Below are positions 41,983 to 52,039 of a stretch of DNA of 64,000 nucleotides, in pieces. The DNA lies in contig JASGJH010000001.1 in the NCBI GenBank assembly GCA_047601445.1, positions 8,704,001 to 8,768,000 on the forward strand, in the 5' to 3' direction. The notes beneath the pieces were generated by a model. It searched no databases, was not told where the DNA came from, and worked only from the letters and a program-made list of their open reading frames with translations. Position 1 is the stretch's first letter; the number at the start of each line of letters is the position of its first letter. The DNA is from Myxococcales bacterium (lineage in GTDB: Bacteria; Myxococcota_A; Polyangia; Polyangiales; DASUME01). The position numbers were made by a program, and so were the translations under genes.

Positions 41983-43713
41983 TCAGCTGCCCTCGTATTC
42001 GCGGTCGATACTCGTCACGCGACGCTTGTATTCCGCTTTGGAGATCACCCCGGCGCGCAGATTTTCTTTCTCGGCCTCGATGCGGCGCGCGCGCCGGGTC
42101 TTGAGTACCCAGATGGTGTCCTCGTAGGCCTGCTCGCTGAGATTCCCCGCGCGGTAGGCGCGCTTGGCGGCGGCTACGTTGTTGTAGGCAGGGCCGCGCG
42201 CGAGGAGGGCCTGACGGCGCTCACTCTGGGACGCGCCCGAACCGGCCGTTCCGCCTCCGCCTCCGCCGCTCCCGAAAATGCGATTGAACGTGTTTCGCAA
42301 GTGAGGGAAGGGGCGATTGTCGCTGCCTGTCCGCGTGCTCGCGCTTCCGCCGCCGCTCTCGTCGACACCCGTACTGTCGGCGGGTGCACCCGTCGCTTCG
42401 TCGCTACGCGCCTCGCGGCCGCCCGTCGCTTCGTCGTTGCGTGCCTCGCGGCCGGCACCAACCTCCGCGGCCTGTGTCTCGCGCCGGGCTCGGCGGCCGG
42501 CCTCGGGGGCGGCTTCGGGCAGCGGCTTGGCCTCTTGCTCTTCGGGCTCAACGGCGCTCGCGGCCAGCGCCGGAGCAGGGGCCGTGGGATCTTTCCCGTC
42601 TGGCCACAACGCAGCCACCGCGCCCAGCGCGGCGAGCAGCAGCAGCGCGCCCACCACCAAGATCTTCGGGCCCTTGTCGCCCTGTTGCTTGAAGAGCGCC
42701 GTGAAGGTGTTGGGGAACGAGTTGGCCGCCGGCACCGCGCGCTTGTCCGCGCTCGCTGCGCTCGCAGCAAAGGCCGTGGGGGCCTGTTCCTTGGCCACGC
42801 GCGTGGCGCTGTAGCTCCCGGGAGCGCCGCCCAGAGTCATCTCGCGCAGCACGTCGTCGACCAGCGCGAGGACCTCGGCAGCGTCGCGTGGACGTTCGTC
42901 CGGCGACTTGGCCAGCAGTCGATCCAGCAGACCTTGCAGGCTGACGTTGCGGGCCAGTTCGGGCCTCACCTGGACCAATCGCGGCGGGACCTTGGAGACT
43001 TGCGCGAGCAGCAGCGAGACCACGGAATCAGCCGCGAAGGGCACGCTGCCCGTGACCATCTCGAACAACATCACGCCCAGCGAGTACAGATCCGAGCGTG
43101 CATCCACGGGCTGGCCCTGCGCCTGCTCCGGGGACATGTACGTGGGCGTGCCGAGCACCGCGCCGGCCAAGGTGAGCTTGGTCTTCGAATCGGCCTCGAT
43201 GCCTGCGATGCCGAAGTCCATCACCTTGGCGAAGGTCTGCCCGCCGTGCACCTTGGTCATGAACACGTTCGCCGGCTTGAGATCGCGGTGCACGATGCCG
43301 CGCGCGTGGGCCTCGCTCAGGGCCTGCAGGACTTCGCGCAAGATGCCCAGCGCCTCTTGCAGTGGAAGCGCGCCCTTCTGCGTGAGGTACTCGGAAAGGT
43401 CTTCGCCAGCGAGCAGCTCCATCACCATGAAGAGCTCGCCCCGCTCCACACCGAAGTCGAACAGGCGCACCGTGTTCGGGTGATGCAGCAGGGCCATTGC
43501 CTCGGCCTCACGGCGGAAGCGCTGGATGCACTCCTCGTTGCTCGCAATGGCGCCGGCGATGAGCTTGATGGCCACCGGCCGTTGGATGGACAGCTGACGA
43601 CCGCGATAGACGCTGCCCATGCCGCCGTGTCCCAACAGCGCATCGATACCGTACTGGTTGGCCAGCACGCGTCCGAGATTCGGATCCTGTTCCGGTTGGT
43701 CCGCTGAGCCCAT
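41983..43713 (-). CDS. Hanks-type Ser/Thr protein kinase with a TM helix and C-terminal SHOCT-like motifs
   Basis: GHGGMGSVY, VAIK, HRDLKPAN, DFGIA, GTPTYMSPEQ. Confidence 0.95.
   Translation of the reverse strand: MGSADQPEQDPNLGRVLANQYGIDALLGHGGMGSVYRGRQLSIQRPVAIKLIAGAIASNEECIQRFRREAEAMALLHHPNTVRLFDFGVERGELFMVMELLAGEDLSEYLTQKGALPLQEALGILREVLQALSEAHARGIVHRDLKPANVFMTKVHGGQTFAKVMDFGIAGIEADSKTKLTLAGAVLGTPTYMSPEQAQGQPVDARSDLYSLGVMLFEMVTGSVPFAADSVVSLLLAQVSKVPPRLVQVRPELARNVSLQGLLDRLLAKSPDERPRDAAEVLALVDDVLREMTLGGAPGSYSATRVAKEQAPTAFAASAASADKRAVPAANSFPNTFTALFKQQGDKGPKILVVGALLLLAALGAVAALWPDGKDPTAPAPALAASAVEPEEQEAKPLPEAAPEAGRRARRETQAAEVGAGREARNDEATGGREARSDEATGAPADSTGVDESGGGSASTRTGSDNRPFPHLRNTFNRIFGSGGGGGGTAGSGASQSERRQALLARGPAYNNVAAAKRAYRAGNLSEQAYEDTIWVLKTRRARRIEAEKENLRAGVISKAEYKRRVTSIDREYEGS
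42389..42454. repeat. 33-bp tandem duplication in the kinase linker
   Basis: Encodes GREARNDEATG / GREARSDEATG. Confidence 0.85.
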
Positions 43714-43888
43714 AAACGTCGCGCCTAGTGTTGTTCTCGCACGCGCTCGCGCGCTCCCATTTCTGCGCAATCTCGTGCTTTTTTTCGAACCTGGTGCTCA
43801 CACCGTGATCGCTGCTCGCATCCCTAGCATGCTGAACCGGGGACGGCCTACCGGTGCATGCTAGCCTGAAAAGCCTTGCGAGTTAGCC

Positions 43889-44635
43889 ATGTTTCCCGAT
43901 CCCATCATCCGCAAGCAACTCCGCGACGGCACGCGCGTCCTCCTGCGCGCGGTGCGGCCCACTGATCGCGCGCTCTTGGCCCAGGGATTCGAGCAATTCA
44001 GCGATGAGTCCCGCTACCGACGCTTCTTCGTCCACAAGAGTGAGCTCAGCGACGAGGACCTGCGCTATCTGACCGAGGTGGACGGCGTCCAGCACCACGC
44101 GCTCGGGGCGGTAACCCTCGACGACCGTGGACAAGAGGTGCCCCTCGGCATCGCGCGCTACGTGCGCTCCGCGGAGCATCCCGAGGTGGCCGAGGCGGCC
44201 GTGGCGGTCATCGACGCCATGCAAGGCAAGGGGCTGGGCAAGCTCCTCCTGCACGGGTTGAGTGACGTGGCTTACTCCCACGGCGTGCGCAAGTTTCACT
44301 GCAGCGTACTCGCCACCAACGAGGCCATTCACAAGGTGTTGCTCGAGCTAGCTCCGAACGCCCATGTGGTGCGCAGCGAGGCCAACGTGGAGGAGCTCGA
44401 GCTCGAGCTTCCCGCGCCGGACACGGGCGAGCCGGAACCCCCGCTCGGTCCGCGCCAACGCCTGGAGAATCTGCTCAGACTGGCGGCGCAACGTCTGGTG
44501 TCGGTGCGCGCGTTCTCGCGCCCTGGCAAGCGGACCAGTCACGACCCTCAGCCCGTGGCAGACGCCGAGGCGATGCTGGCGGAGGAGTCGGGGGCCCGCA
44601 ACGACGACACCTCTAGGCTGGGCGATCGTCCGTGA
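43889..44635 (+). CDS. GNAT acetyltransferase (resembles the GNAT domain of Pat-type enzymes)
   Basis: LRDGTRVLLRAVRPTD, SRYRRFF, QGKGLG. Confidence 0.88.
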   Translation: MFPDPIIRKQLRDGTRVLLRAVRPTDRALLAQGFEQFSDESRYRRFFVHKSELSDEDLRYLTEVDGVQHHALGAVTLDDRGQEVPLGIARYVRSAEHPEVAEAAVAVIDAMQGKGLGKLLLHGLSDVAYSHGVRKFHCSVLATNEAIHKVLLELAPNAHVVRSEANVEELELELPAPDTGEPEPPLGPRQRLENLLRLAAQRLVSVRAFSRPGKRTSHDPQPVADAEAMLAEESGARNDDTSRLGDRP

Positions 44636-45512
44636 GCGCCGGCTGATTCAGACGTCGCGCCAGAAACTGCTCCACGATTTCGGCGATCGGCTCGGGATCG
44701 TCCAACAAGGCCGTGTGGGTTCCGTGCTTGAGGCGCACGAACTCGCTGGTCGGTGCGGCGCGGTGCATGGGCCAGCCCACCGTCTGCGCGGGTGCGAATG
44801 GATCGCGGTCGCCTGCCATGATGAGCAGGGGCATGGTCAGCGATCCGAGCACGTTGAAGGCCGAGTGGGCCTCCGCGGAGGCCGCCATGCGCCGGATGGT
44901 GCCCGGATCCAAGACCGATAGATGTTCGGTCATGTCGTCGATGTCTCTGCGGCTTGCCTGCTTGCCCACCAGACCGATGGCGCGCGCCCCGTGAAAGCTG
45001 AGCGCGGTCTTCGCCAGGCTCGCGAAGCCGCGCGCGAAGGGCACGAAGTACTCGTCTGGAGTGTCGCGCAGAAGCCGCAGCAAGAGCGGGCCCGGGATCG
45101 GTAGCCGGGTGGTACTCAGCACGTGTTGAGCGGCGCCAAGCAGGAGCAGCAACGCATCGCAGCGCTCGGGAAACTGGCGTGCCATCTCGAGGGCGATTTG
45201 GCAGCCCACCGAGAACGCACCCTGGATCGCCGTCGTCAGACCCACCGCGTCCATCACCTTGGCCATCAACGCCGGTTGGGCCTCGATGGTGGCTGTGTAC
45301 TCGCTGCGCGCTGGGCTCGAGATGCCGTGGCCCGGCAGGTCCCACGTCACGATGGTGTAGTGAGACTGCCAGCGCGGAATCAGGTACTTCCAGAACAGGT
45401 CGGTGGTGGTCAGTCCGTTGGTCAGCAGGAGCCCGGGTCCCGTGCCTTGCACGGTGAACTCGATGCATGTGCCGTCCTCGGCCGTGATGCTGCCTGTGTT
45501 CGCGGATCCCAC
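44613..45512 (-). CDS. Alpha/beta hydrolase (GTG start at 45512 preferred over ATG 45605)
   Basis: WDLPGHG, AFSVG nucleophile elbow, GDRD, GTH. Confidence 0.85.
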   Translation of the reverse strand: MGSANTGSITAEDGTCIEFTVQGTGPGLLLTNGLTTTDLFWKYLIPRWQSHYTIVTWDLPGHGISSPARSEYTATIEAQPALMAKVMDAVGLTTAIQGAFSVGCQIALEMARQFPERCDALLLLLGAAQHVLSTTRLPIPGPLLLRLLRDTPDEYFVPFARGFASLAKTALSFHGARAIGLVGKQASRRDIDDMTEHLSVLDPGTIRRMAASAEAHSAFNVLGSLTMPLLIMAGDRDPFAPAQTVGWPMHRAAPTSEFVRLKHGTHTALLDDPEPIAEIVEQFLARRLNQPALTDDRPA

Positions 45513-45603
45513 GTGCGACTCGTCCCAAGCATACGCGGCGATCGACGCTCCCGCCCGCGCCGATCGACGCCGCCCTCGACTGGCTTCAAACTGCGGGTAC
45601 CCC

Positions 45604-46542
45604 ATGCATGATGTGCAATCCAGCTATCTCGTGCGTCGCCCGGCGACCAGTCAGTTCGTGGAGGCCCGCGGCATCCGTCACCACCTGACGAGCTGGGGCT
45701 CACCCGCCCTGGTGTCTGCCGAGCGACCGCCGCTCGTCTTGGTCCACGGCTACATGGATGTGGGTGCGTCGTTTCAGTTCTTGGTGGATGCCATGGAGCA
45801 GCTCGAGGGGGCCAGCCGGTACGTGCTGGCGCTGGATCTGCGAGGCTACGGGCGCACTCAGTCGCCTGCTGCCGTGGACGCCTACTGGTTTCCCGACTAC
45901 CTCGGCGATCTCGACGCGGTCTTTCGTGCGCTCTTTGATGATCGGCCGCTCGATCTGCTTGGACACAGCATGGGCGGCAACATCTGCATGGTGTACGCGG
46001 GCGTCCGGCCCACGCGCGTTCGACGCCTGGTGAACCTCGAGGGTTTCGGGCTGCCGGAGTCCGATCCCGCCGATGCTCCCGACCGCTACGCCCTCTGGCT
46101 CGAGCAACTCGCGACCGAGCAGACCATGCCGACCTTTGGCGACTACGAAGCGGTCGCGCGTCGCCTGTGCCGCAACAACCCGCGACTCCCGCCGAACAAG
46201 GCGGCCTGGCTCGCACGGCAGTGGGCTGCAGGTGATGACGGGCAGCTCAAGGTGTTGGGCGACCCGGCCCACAAACGAGTGAACCCCATCTTGTACCGCA
46301 TGCTCGAGGCCCAAACGTGCTGGGCGCGCATCCAGGCGCCGGTGTTGTGGGTGGAGGGCAAGCAGACCGAGGCCGAGCGCTTCTGGGGCGGGCGCTACAG
46401 CCTGGCCGATTTCCATCGCCGCCTCGACGTCGTGACGACTCCCGTGCAACGTGAAGCGCTCGACGACGCCGGGCACATGCTGCACCACGATCAGCCCGAG
46501 AAGTTGGCCGAGCTGGTGGTGCGCTTCTTGGCCGCGCGCTAA
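45604..46542 (+). CDS. Alpha/beta hydrolase
   Basis: VHGYMD, DLRGYG, GHSMGG, AGHMLHHDQP. Confidence 0.9.
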   Translation: MHDVQSSYLVRRPATSQFVEARGIRHHLTSWGSPALVSAERPPLVLVHGYMDVGASFQFLVDAMEQLEGASRYVLALDLRGYGRTQSPAAVDAYWFPDYLGDLDAVFRALFDDRPLDLLGHSMGGNICMVYAGVRPTRVRRLVNLEGFGLPESDPADAPDRYALWLEQLATEQTMPTFGDYEAVARRLCRNNPRLPPNKAAWLARQWAAGDDGQLKVLGDPAHKRVNPILYRMLEAQTCWARIQAPVLWVEGKQTEAERFWGGRYSLADFHRRLDVVTTPVQREALDDAGHMLHHDQPEKLAELVVRFLAAR

Positions 46543-48584
46543 CCGGCCTCGTCGCTCGAGAAGGGCAGCGTCGTTCCCGGACCGGTGCTGTCCTGGTCGA
46601 ACAGGGCGAACGCCTGGCGGATCGCCTCGGAATTGCCCACCAGATACACCACATCTCCGGCCTGGAAGGGCACGTGGGGATCCGGATCCTTGAGCAGGCG
46701 CGCACCACGCTTCACGCCCACCACCAGTGCGCCCGTCTTTCCTCGCAGGTGGAGCGTCACCGCGGACTTGCCCACGGCGGCGCTCTGTTCGCGCACCAGG
46801 GCGCTCTCGATCTTGAGCTCGTCCAGGCCGCGCAGATCGCGCAGCGGCGTGCGGGGAACCGTCTGCTTGCGCTCGGTGGTCTGGGTCTCGGAGCGCACGT
46901 TCCGGATACGCTCTTCGATGACGTTGCGAGGTACCTCGATGCGACGAAGCATGCGCGCGATGACCTCGACCGCGCCCTCGACCTCCTCGGCCACGATGTC
47001 GTGGGCACCCACCTTCATCAGGAGCTGGCGTTCGCGCAGGTAGTGTGTGCGCATGAGCACGGGAACCTGCGGTGCCACGCGACGCGCCGTGTCCACCACG
47101 CGCAGGGCGGCCTGCGGATCGTTCATCAACAGCACGAGCAGCTTGGCGCCTTCGAGGTGCGCGTGCCCCAGCGCCTCGGAGCTGGTGGCGTCACCGTAGT
47201 AGATGGGGAGCCCCTCTTGCTTGCCCGAGCGCACGTTGTCCGCGTTGAGCTCGAGCACCACGAACGGCACGTTGCAGGCCGCCAACGTCTGCGCGGCGAA
47301 GCGCCCCGCCACCCCGTAGCCCACGATCACCACGTGGTCGTGCAGACGCGAGTGCTGCGTGCCGGGTTGATCGGCTTCGTCGATGGCGCGCACGCCGATC
47401 AGCCGCTCGAGCGGGGCGAGCAGGCGCTCTCCTGCGGTGACGTGGGGAGCCGCGCGCACCAGCAGCGGCGTGAGGAACATGCTCGCGATGCCTGCTGCGA
47501 GCAGGGGCCCGAGCGCGCTGCTCTCCACCACACCGCTCTGCTCGCCCAGCTGAGCCAGCACGAAGCCGAACTCACCGAACTGCGCCAGACCCACGCCCGA
47601 CAACCAGGCCACGCGTGAAGGGAAGCGCATGGCCATCGCTGCGAGCGTCGCCAGAAAGCCCTTGGCCAGCAGGAAGCCGAGCAGCAAGAGGCCCACCAGC
47701 AGCGGCTTCTGAAGCACCACCTGCACGTCGAACAACATGCCCAGGGACACGAAGAACAAGCTCACGAACGCATCGCGCAGCGGCAGGATGTCGCCCATCG
47801 CTCGGTGGCTGTACTCGGTGTCCGCCACCACCATGCCGCCGAGAAACGCGCCCAGCGCGAGGGAGAGTCCCACCAGCGACGTGAGCCAGGCCGTGCCGAT
47901 GCACAGCGCCAGGATGGCCAGCAAGAACACCTCGCGGCTGCGGCTAGCGTCGACCCAATCGAGGATGGTCGGCACGATGAAGCGCGCCAGGGCCACCAGG
48001 CACACCACCACCAAGGCGGCCTTGCCCATGGCGAACGCGATGGCCTCGCCGGCATCCTGCGCTGCGCCGCTGCCCAGCAGCGGCACGATCAACACCATGG
48101 GCACCACGCAAAGGTCCTGGAAAATCAGCGTGCCGACGATGAAGCGTCCGTGTGGTGCGTCGAGCTCGCGGCGCTCCGAGAGGGCGCGCAGCACGATGGC
48201 CGTGCTCGAGAGCGAGAACACGAACCCGTAGAAGATGCCCCGTGCCCAGGACTCCCCGAGCGCCACGGCCACGCCGGCTGCGGCGGCCGTGGTGAGGCCC
48301 ACTTGCAGGGCGCCGCCCAGGGCGACTTGTCGAAAGATGTCTCGCAGCCTTCCGAGCGAGAACTCGAGGCCGATGGAGAACAGCAACAGCACCACGCCGA
48401 CCTCGGCGAGCACCTCGATGGCGTGCACGGACTTCACGAGCTGCAGGCCGAAGGGCCCGGCCAACGCACCGGCCGCCAGCAAGCCCGCCACGGTGGGCAA
48501 ACGTAGTCGCGAGAGAATGACCGTGACCGCGACGGCCAGGCCCGCCACGATGGCCAATTCATCCAGCAACGGCACGTGTCCCAT
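46539..48584 (-). CDS. CPA2/Kef-type cation:proton antiporter with TrkA-N and TrkA-C domains
   Basis: LAEVGVVLLLFSIGLE, SSTAIV, LIFQD, IVGYGVAG, YYGDAT. Confidence 0.92.
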   Translation of the reverse strand: MGHVPLLDELAIVAGLAVAVTVILSRLRLPTVAGLLAAGALAGPFGLQLVKSVHAIEVLAEVGVVLLLFSIGLEFSLGRLRDIFRQVALGGALQVGLTTAAAAGVAVALGESWARGIFYGFVFSLSSTAIVLRALSERRELDAPHGRFIVGTLIFQDLCVVPMVLIVPLLGSGAAQDAGEAIAFAMGKAALVVVCLVALARFIVPTILDWVDASRSREVFLLAILALCIGTAWLTSLVGLSLALGAFLGGMVVADTEYSHRAMGDILPLRDAFVSLFFVSLGMLFDVQVVLQKPLLVGLLLLGFLLAKGFLATLAAMAMRFPSRVAWLSGVGLAQFGEFGFVLAQLGEQSGVVESSALGPLLAAGIASMFLTPLLVRAAPHVTAGERLLAPLERLIGVRAIDEADQPGTQHSRLHDHVVIVGYGVAGRFAAQTLAACNVPFVVLELNADNVRSGKQEGLPIYYGDATSSEALGHAHLEGAKLLVLLMNDPQAALRVVDTARRVAPQVPVLMRTHYLRERQLLMKVGAHDIVAEEVEGAVEVIARMLRRIEVPRNVIEERIRNVRSETQTTERKQTVPRTPLRDLRGLDELKIESALVREQSAAVGKSAVTLHLRGKTGALVVGVKRGARLLKDPDPHVPFQAGDVVYLVGNSEAIRQAFALFDQDSTGPGTTLPFSSDEAG

Positions 48585-48651
48585 GGATTCGACAGTAGCG
48601 TGCTTCGCAGCGGGATGGGGCGGCGATTCGAGGCTTCTTCGGTTGGACCGC

Positions 48652-49344
48652 TCAGCCCAGCTGGGCGATGGTCTTGGCCAGCCCGAGCAGTGCGGGCCGA
48701 GGGATCTCGTGTCCGCCTCGGAACTCCACGAAGCTGAGGTCGGCGCCACCTGCGCGCAGGAGTGCGGAGAGTCGCTCCGCGTCTTCGAATGGCAACAAAG
48801 GATCGAGGTGGCCATGGCTCTGAAACACGGGCACACCATGCAGGGTCGGGGCGAGCGGTCGCCAGACCGGTTCCGCGATCAGCGTGCTCGACAGCAAGAG
48901 CAGCGCTCCGGGCTTCTCGGCGGCATGTAGGGCCACGTCGCAAGCCACCATCGATCCCTGCGAAAAACCGCCCAAAACCAGGCGCGACGGCTGGACCTGG
49001 AAATACGCGGCCACTTCGCGCAGGAGCTCGCCTACCTGGGCGCGCACGGTGGGCAGGTTAGGGGGCAACTCCTGGCTGCGATCGATGCGCTCGCCCCGGG
49101 CGCGGCGCTCGAAGACTTCCATGTCCAGCATCCACCATGCGCGAGCCGGCCCGCCTTCGACGCTGAGCGGTGCCTCCGGACACACGATGCGGGGGCGGTT
49201 AGGGAGCTCGAGCAGGGCATCCCCGAGCGGCACCAGATCGTCGCCGAGCGCCCCGAAGCCGTGCATCAACACCACCACGGGGCCGTCGCTGTCGGACTCT
49301 TCGAGGACATGGCTGGTCAGGCCGGCAAAGTTCATGCGCTCCAT
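48652..49344 (-). CDS. Phospholipase/carboxylesterase
   Basis: MHGFGA, GFSQG, HGHLDPLL, GGHEI. Confidence 0.9.
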   Translation of the reverse strand: MERMNFAGLTSHVLEESDSDGPVVVLMHGFGALGDDLVPLGDALLELPNRPRIVCPEAPLSVEGGPARAWWMLDMEVFERRARGERIDRSQELPPNLPTVRAQVGELLREVAAYFQVQPSRLVLGGFSQGSMVACDVALHAAEKPGALLLLSSTLIAEPVWRPLAPTLHGVPVFQSHGHLDPLLPFEDAERLSALLRAGGADLSFVEFRGGHEIPRPALLGLAKTIAQLG

Positions 49345-49456
49345 GGCGAGCTCTTAGCAGGGCGGACACCCCCGAGGCTCGCCGCAAGGAAGCCGTGGGG
49401 CAAAATGGGGCCACTCGCCGCCCAAAAAGGGGCCAGCTCCTGCTAGAACTGGGCCG

Positions 49457-52039
49457 GTGAATCGACGCGCTTGGATGGACTTGGGCGGCGTTCTGCTCGT
49501 CATTTCCGCGCTGGCCGTGGTGGTCTTCTGGCCTGCCTTCGACCCCGACCAGGGCGACGTGGTGGGCCGTTACGACGTGCATCGCCAGTTCGGGCCTTGG
49601 AACTACTTCTTCGACTACAGCATCCAGCACGGGGACTTTCCAGAGTGGGACCCGCTGGTGTTCTCGGGGGCCCCTCACGCGGCCAATCCACAGAGCTGGG
49701 CGTTCTATCCCCCGAACTTGCTGCGCGCGCTCCTGCACACCGACCCCACGCCGCTGGGAACGTTGCGCGGCCTGAGCGTGCTGATGGGGCTGCACCTCCT
49801 GTTCTGGGCGCTCGGTGTCTTCCAGCTCGCGCGCAGCCACGGCTTGGCCCGTGACGGCGCGCTGCTGGCCGCCATCGCCGCCAGCTTCAGCGCGCTGATG
49901 GTGCGTCGAGTCGGCGAGTACCACTTCATCTTCACGCTGGCCGCGTTGCCCTGGATGCTGCTGTGCATCCGCAAGCTGGTGCTCTCTCAACGCGCCGAGA
50001 AAGCACAGGCCTCGGCGGCCATCGCGCCCGTCTTGGGGCTCGCGGTGCTGTTCGCGGGCTCGGTGCTGGGCGGCTTTCTGCAGGTCGTGCCGCACCTGGT
50101 GGTCGCCATGACGGCCTATCTGCTCAGCGAACTCTCGCTCTCCGGGGCGGCGCGCGAGGAGCGCGTCCGGCTGTGGTCGCGCACCCTCGGCTGGTTGGCA
50201 CTCGCGGGGGCGCTCGCGGTAGGCCTCGCGAGCGTACTGCTCGTGCCGGCCTCGGAGCTGCTTGCCCACTCGCCCCGCGCCAGCGGTTCGGGTGTGGACG
50301 TGGGTGGACACAAGCCCGAAGCCTGGAACCTGCTCTATGCGGCCCGTAGCTTGATCGTCTACTCGGGTCGCATCTTCGAGCCCGAGACCCTGCGCGGCGC
50401 AGGCATCGTGTTCCTGGCGCTGCTGCTGTGCGCTCTGGTGCAACGCTCGTGGCGCGGCATCGCGCCCTTCGTGGCCATGTCCTACGCGCTGGTGGACTTG
50501 ATGCTGGGCAGGCCCTGGCCGCTCTCGAGCTTGATCGCCGCCCTCAGTCCCGTGCAGCTCGTGTCCGGCACGCGAGCCTTCGACGTGGCCATGCTGCCGC
50601 TCGCCATCCTCGCCGGCTTCGGACTCGCCAACTTGCGGCGAAGTCGTTTTGCCGCGCCCGGCGTGGCCGCCGCGATTGCCCTGTGCGGTGTGATCGTGCT
50701 CGAGCGCCAGCTGGCCGCCAACGACGTGTGGGCCCGACCCGATGCGATCGTATGGTGGATCCCGCTCGCGTTCGTCGGGCTGCTCATACTCTGGATGGTG
50801 GTGCCGAGTCGCGCTGCGCTGTGGAGCGCCCTGGTGGTGCTGCTGATGGCCTCCGAGTTGTTGAGCTGGAGTCGCTTCTACAGTCCGCGCATGTTGGTGC
50901 GACCGGGCTTCGACGCCGACTGGAAAGCGCGCGACGGCTTTACCGGCGTCGAGCCGCTCTGGCCCCACAATCGCCGGGAGACCACCGACCGGGAGAACTT
51001 CTCTCTGTTCTCCCTGCGCGGCATCAGCAACGGCTACGATCCGTTGCATCTGCGCAGCTACCGCGAGGCTGTCAGCGGACGCACCAAGCTCCAGTACCGA
51101 CGCACACTGCGCGAGCGCGAAACGGTCACCGAGACGCCGCGTGGGCACCTGTTCCTCAAGCGCGCCTTTTGGCTCGTGCCGAGCGTGGTCTACGGTCCGA
51201 TGCCGCTCGGTCAACGCATGTTCCCTCCCACCGCGCTCGCCTTTGTCACCAGCGAAATCCCCAAGGGCTTCCCGGTGGTCTCTGGTCATGACATCCCGTT
51301 CCGCGCGTCTTCCGAGCACGTGCAAAGCATCCCCCTGGTCGTCCAGCGCAGGTCACGCTCCCTGTACAGCGCGCGCGCCCCCCGTCTCGCCCCGGTGCAC
51401 CACGTCCTCCTGGTGCGGCTGATGCCGACCCAGGACGACTCGCCGGAGGTCGCGACCCAGTACCGCGACCAGGCTGTGCCGCGACCCATCCCGGGGTATC
51501 GCCACCGGCCGCGGACCCGCGCCGGACAGGTACTCGAACTGATCTTTCCCATGCCCGACGTCGTCGAGCCCCGCATCGACCTCGAGCTCAAATCCCAGGA
51601 TCCGGGCTTGAGCGTGGTGAGCATGGAGCTCTTGCAGGACCTGGCGGATGAAGACGCCTTGATCCACGTGGAACGACGCAGCGCCGATTCCGTGGATCTG
51701 CGAGTCGACAACCTGCCGGGGCCGCGACTCCTTGCCTTCATTGATGTGGACTATCCAGGGTGGCAGGTCGTGGTGGATGGCAAGCCCGCGGAGCTCGCGC
51801 AGGTCAACGATTCCTTCAAAGGAGTGTGGCTCGCGCCGGGGCCGCACCGCGTGAGCTTCCAGTTCGCCTCGTCGAGCTTGCGCAAGGGGGCTGTCATCTC
51901 GGGCATCAGCGCGCTCTCGTGCCTGCTGCTCGGGGTCTTCGCCGTGCTTCAGCGCAGGCGCTCAGCTCGGCCAGCGCAGCGCGGTGACGGCCAGCAGGCC
52001 GATCCAAAGCAACCCGACCCCCGCGCGAAGCAGGCGTGA
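49457..52039 (+). CDS. YfhO-family (GT-C) membrane glycosyltransferase
   Basis: FPEWDPLVFSGAPHAANPQ..FYPPN, many TM helices, DYPGWQVVVDG..FKGVWLAPGPHRV. Confidence 0.85.
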   Translation: MNRRAWMDLGGVLLVISALAVVVFWPAFDPDQGDVVGRYDVHRQFGPWNYFFDYSIQHGDFPEWDPLVFSGAPHAANPQSWAFYPPNLLRALLHTDPTPLGTLRGLSVLMGLHLLFWALGVFQLARSHGLARDGALLAAIAASFSALMVRRVGEYHFIFTLAALPWMLLCIRKLVLSQRAEKAQASAAIAPVLGLAVLFAGSVLGGFLQVVPHLVVAMTAYLLSELSLSGAAREERVRLWSRTLGWLALAGALAVGLASVLLVPASELLAHSPRASGSGVDVGGHKPEAWNLLYAARSLIVYSGRIFEPETLRGAGIVFLALLLCALVQRSWRGIAPFVAMSYALVDLMLGRPWPLSSLIAALSPVQLVSGTRAFDVAMLPLAILAGFGLANLRRSRFAAPGVAAAIALCGVIVLERQLAANDVWARPDAIVWWIPLAFVGLLILWMVVPSRAALWSALVVLLMASELLSWSRFYSPRMLVRPGFDADWKARDGFTGVEPLWPHNRRETTDRENFSLFSLRGISNGYDPLHLRSYREAVSGRTKLQYRRTLRERETVTETPRGHLFLKRAFWLVPSVVYGPMPLGQRMFPPTALAFVTSEIPKGFPVVSGHDIPFRASSEHVQSIPLVVQRRSRSLYSARAPRLAPVHHVLLVRLMPTQDDSPEVATQYRDQAVPRPIPGYRHRPRTRAGQVLELIFPMPDVVEPRIDLELKSQDPGLSVVSMELLQDLADEDALIHVERRSADSVDLRVDNLPGPRLLAFIDVDYPGWQVVVDGKPAELAQVNDSFKGVWLAPGPHRVSFQFASSSLRKGAVISGISALSCLLLGVFAVLQRRRSARPAQRGDGQQADPKQPDPRAKQA

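Noticed and set aside
45603..45606. Divergent hydrolase start codons overlapping in CATG
   Set aside because: The minus-strand gene more plausibly starts at GTG 45512, leaving a normal intergenic gap
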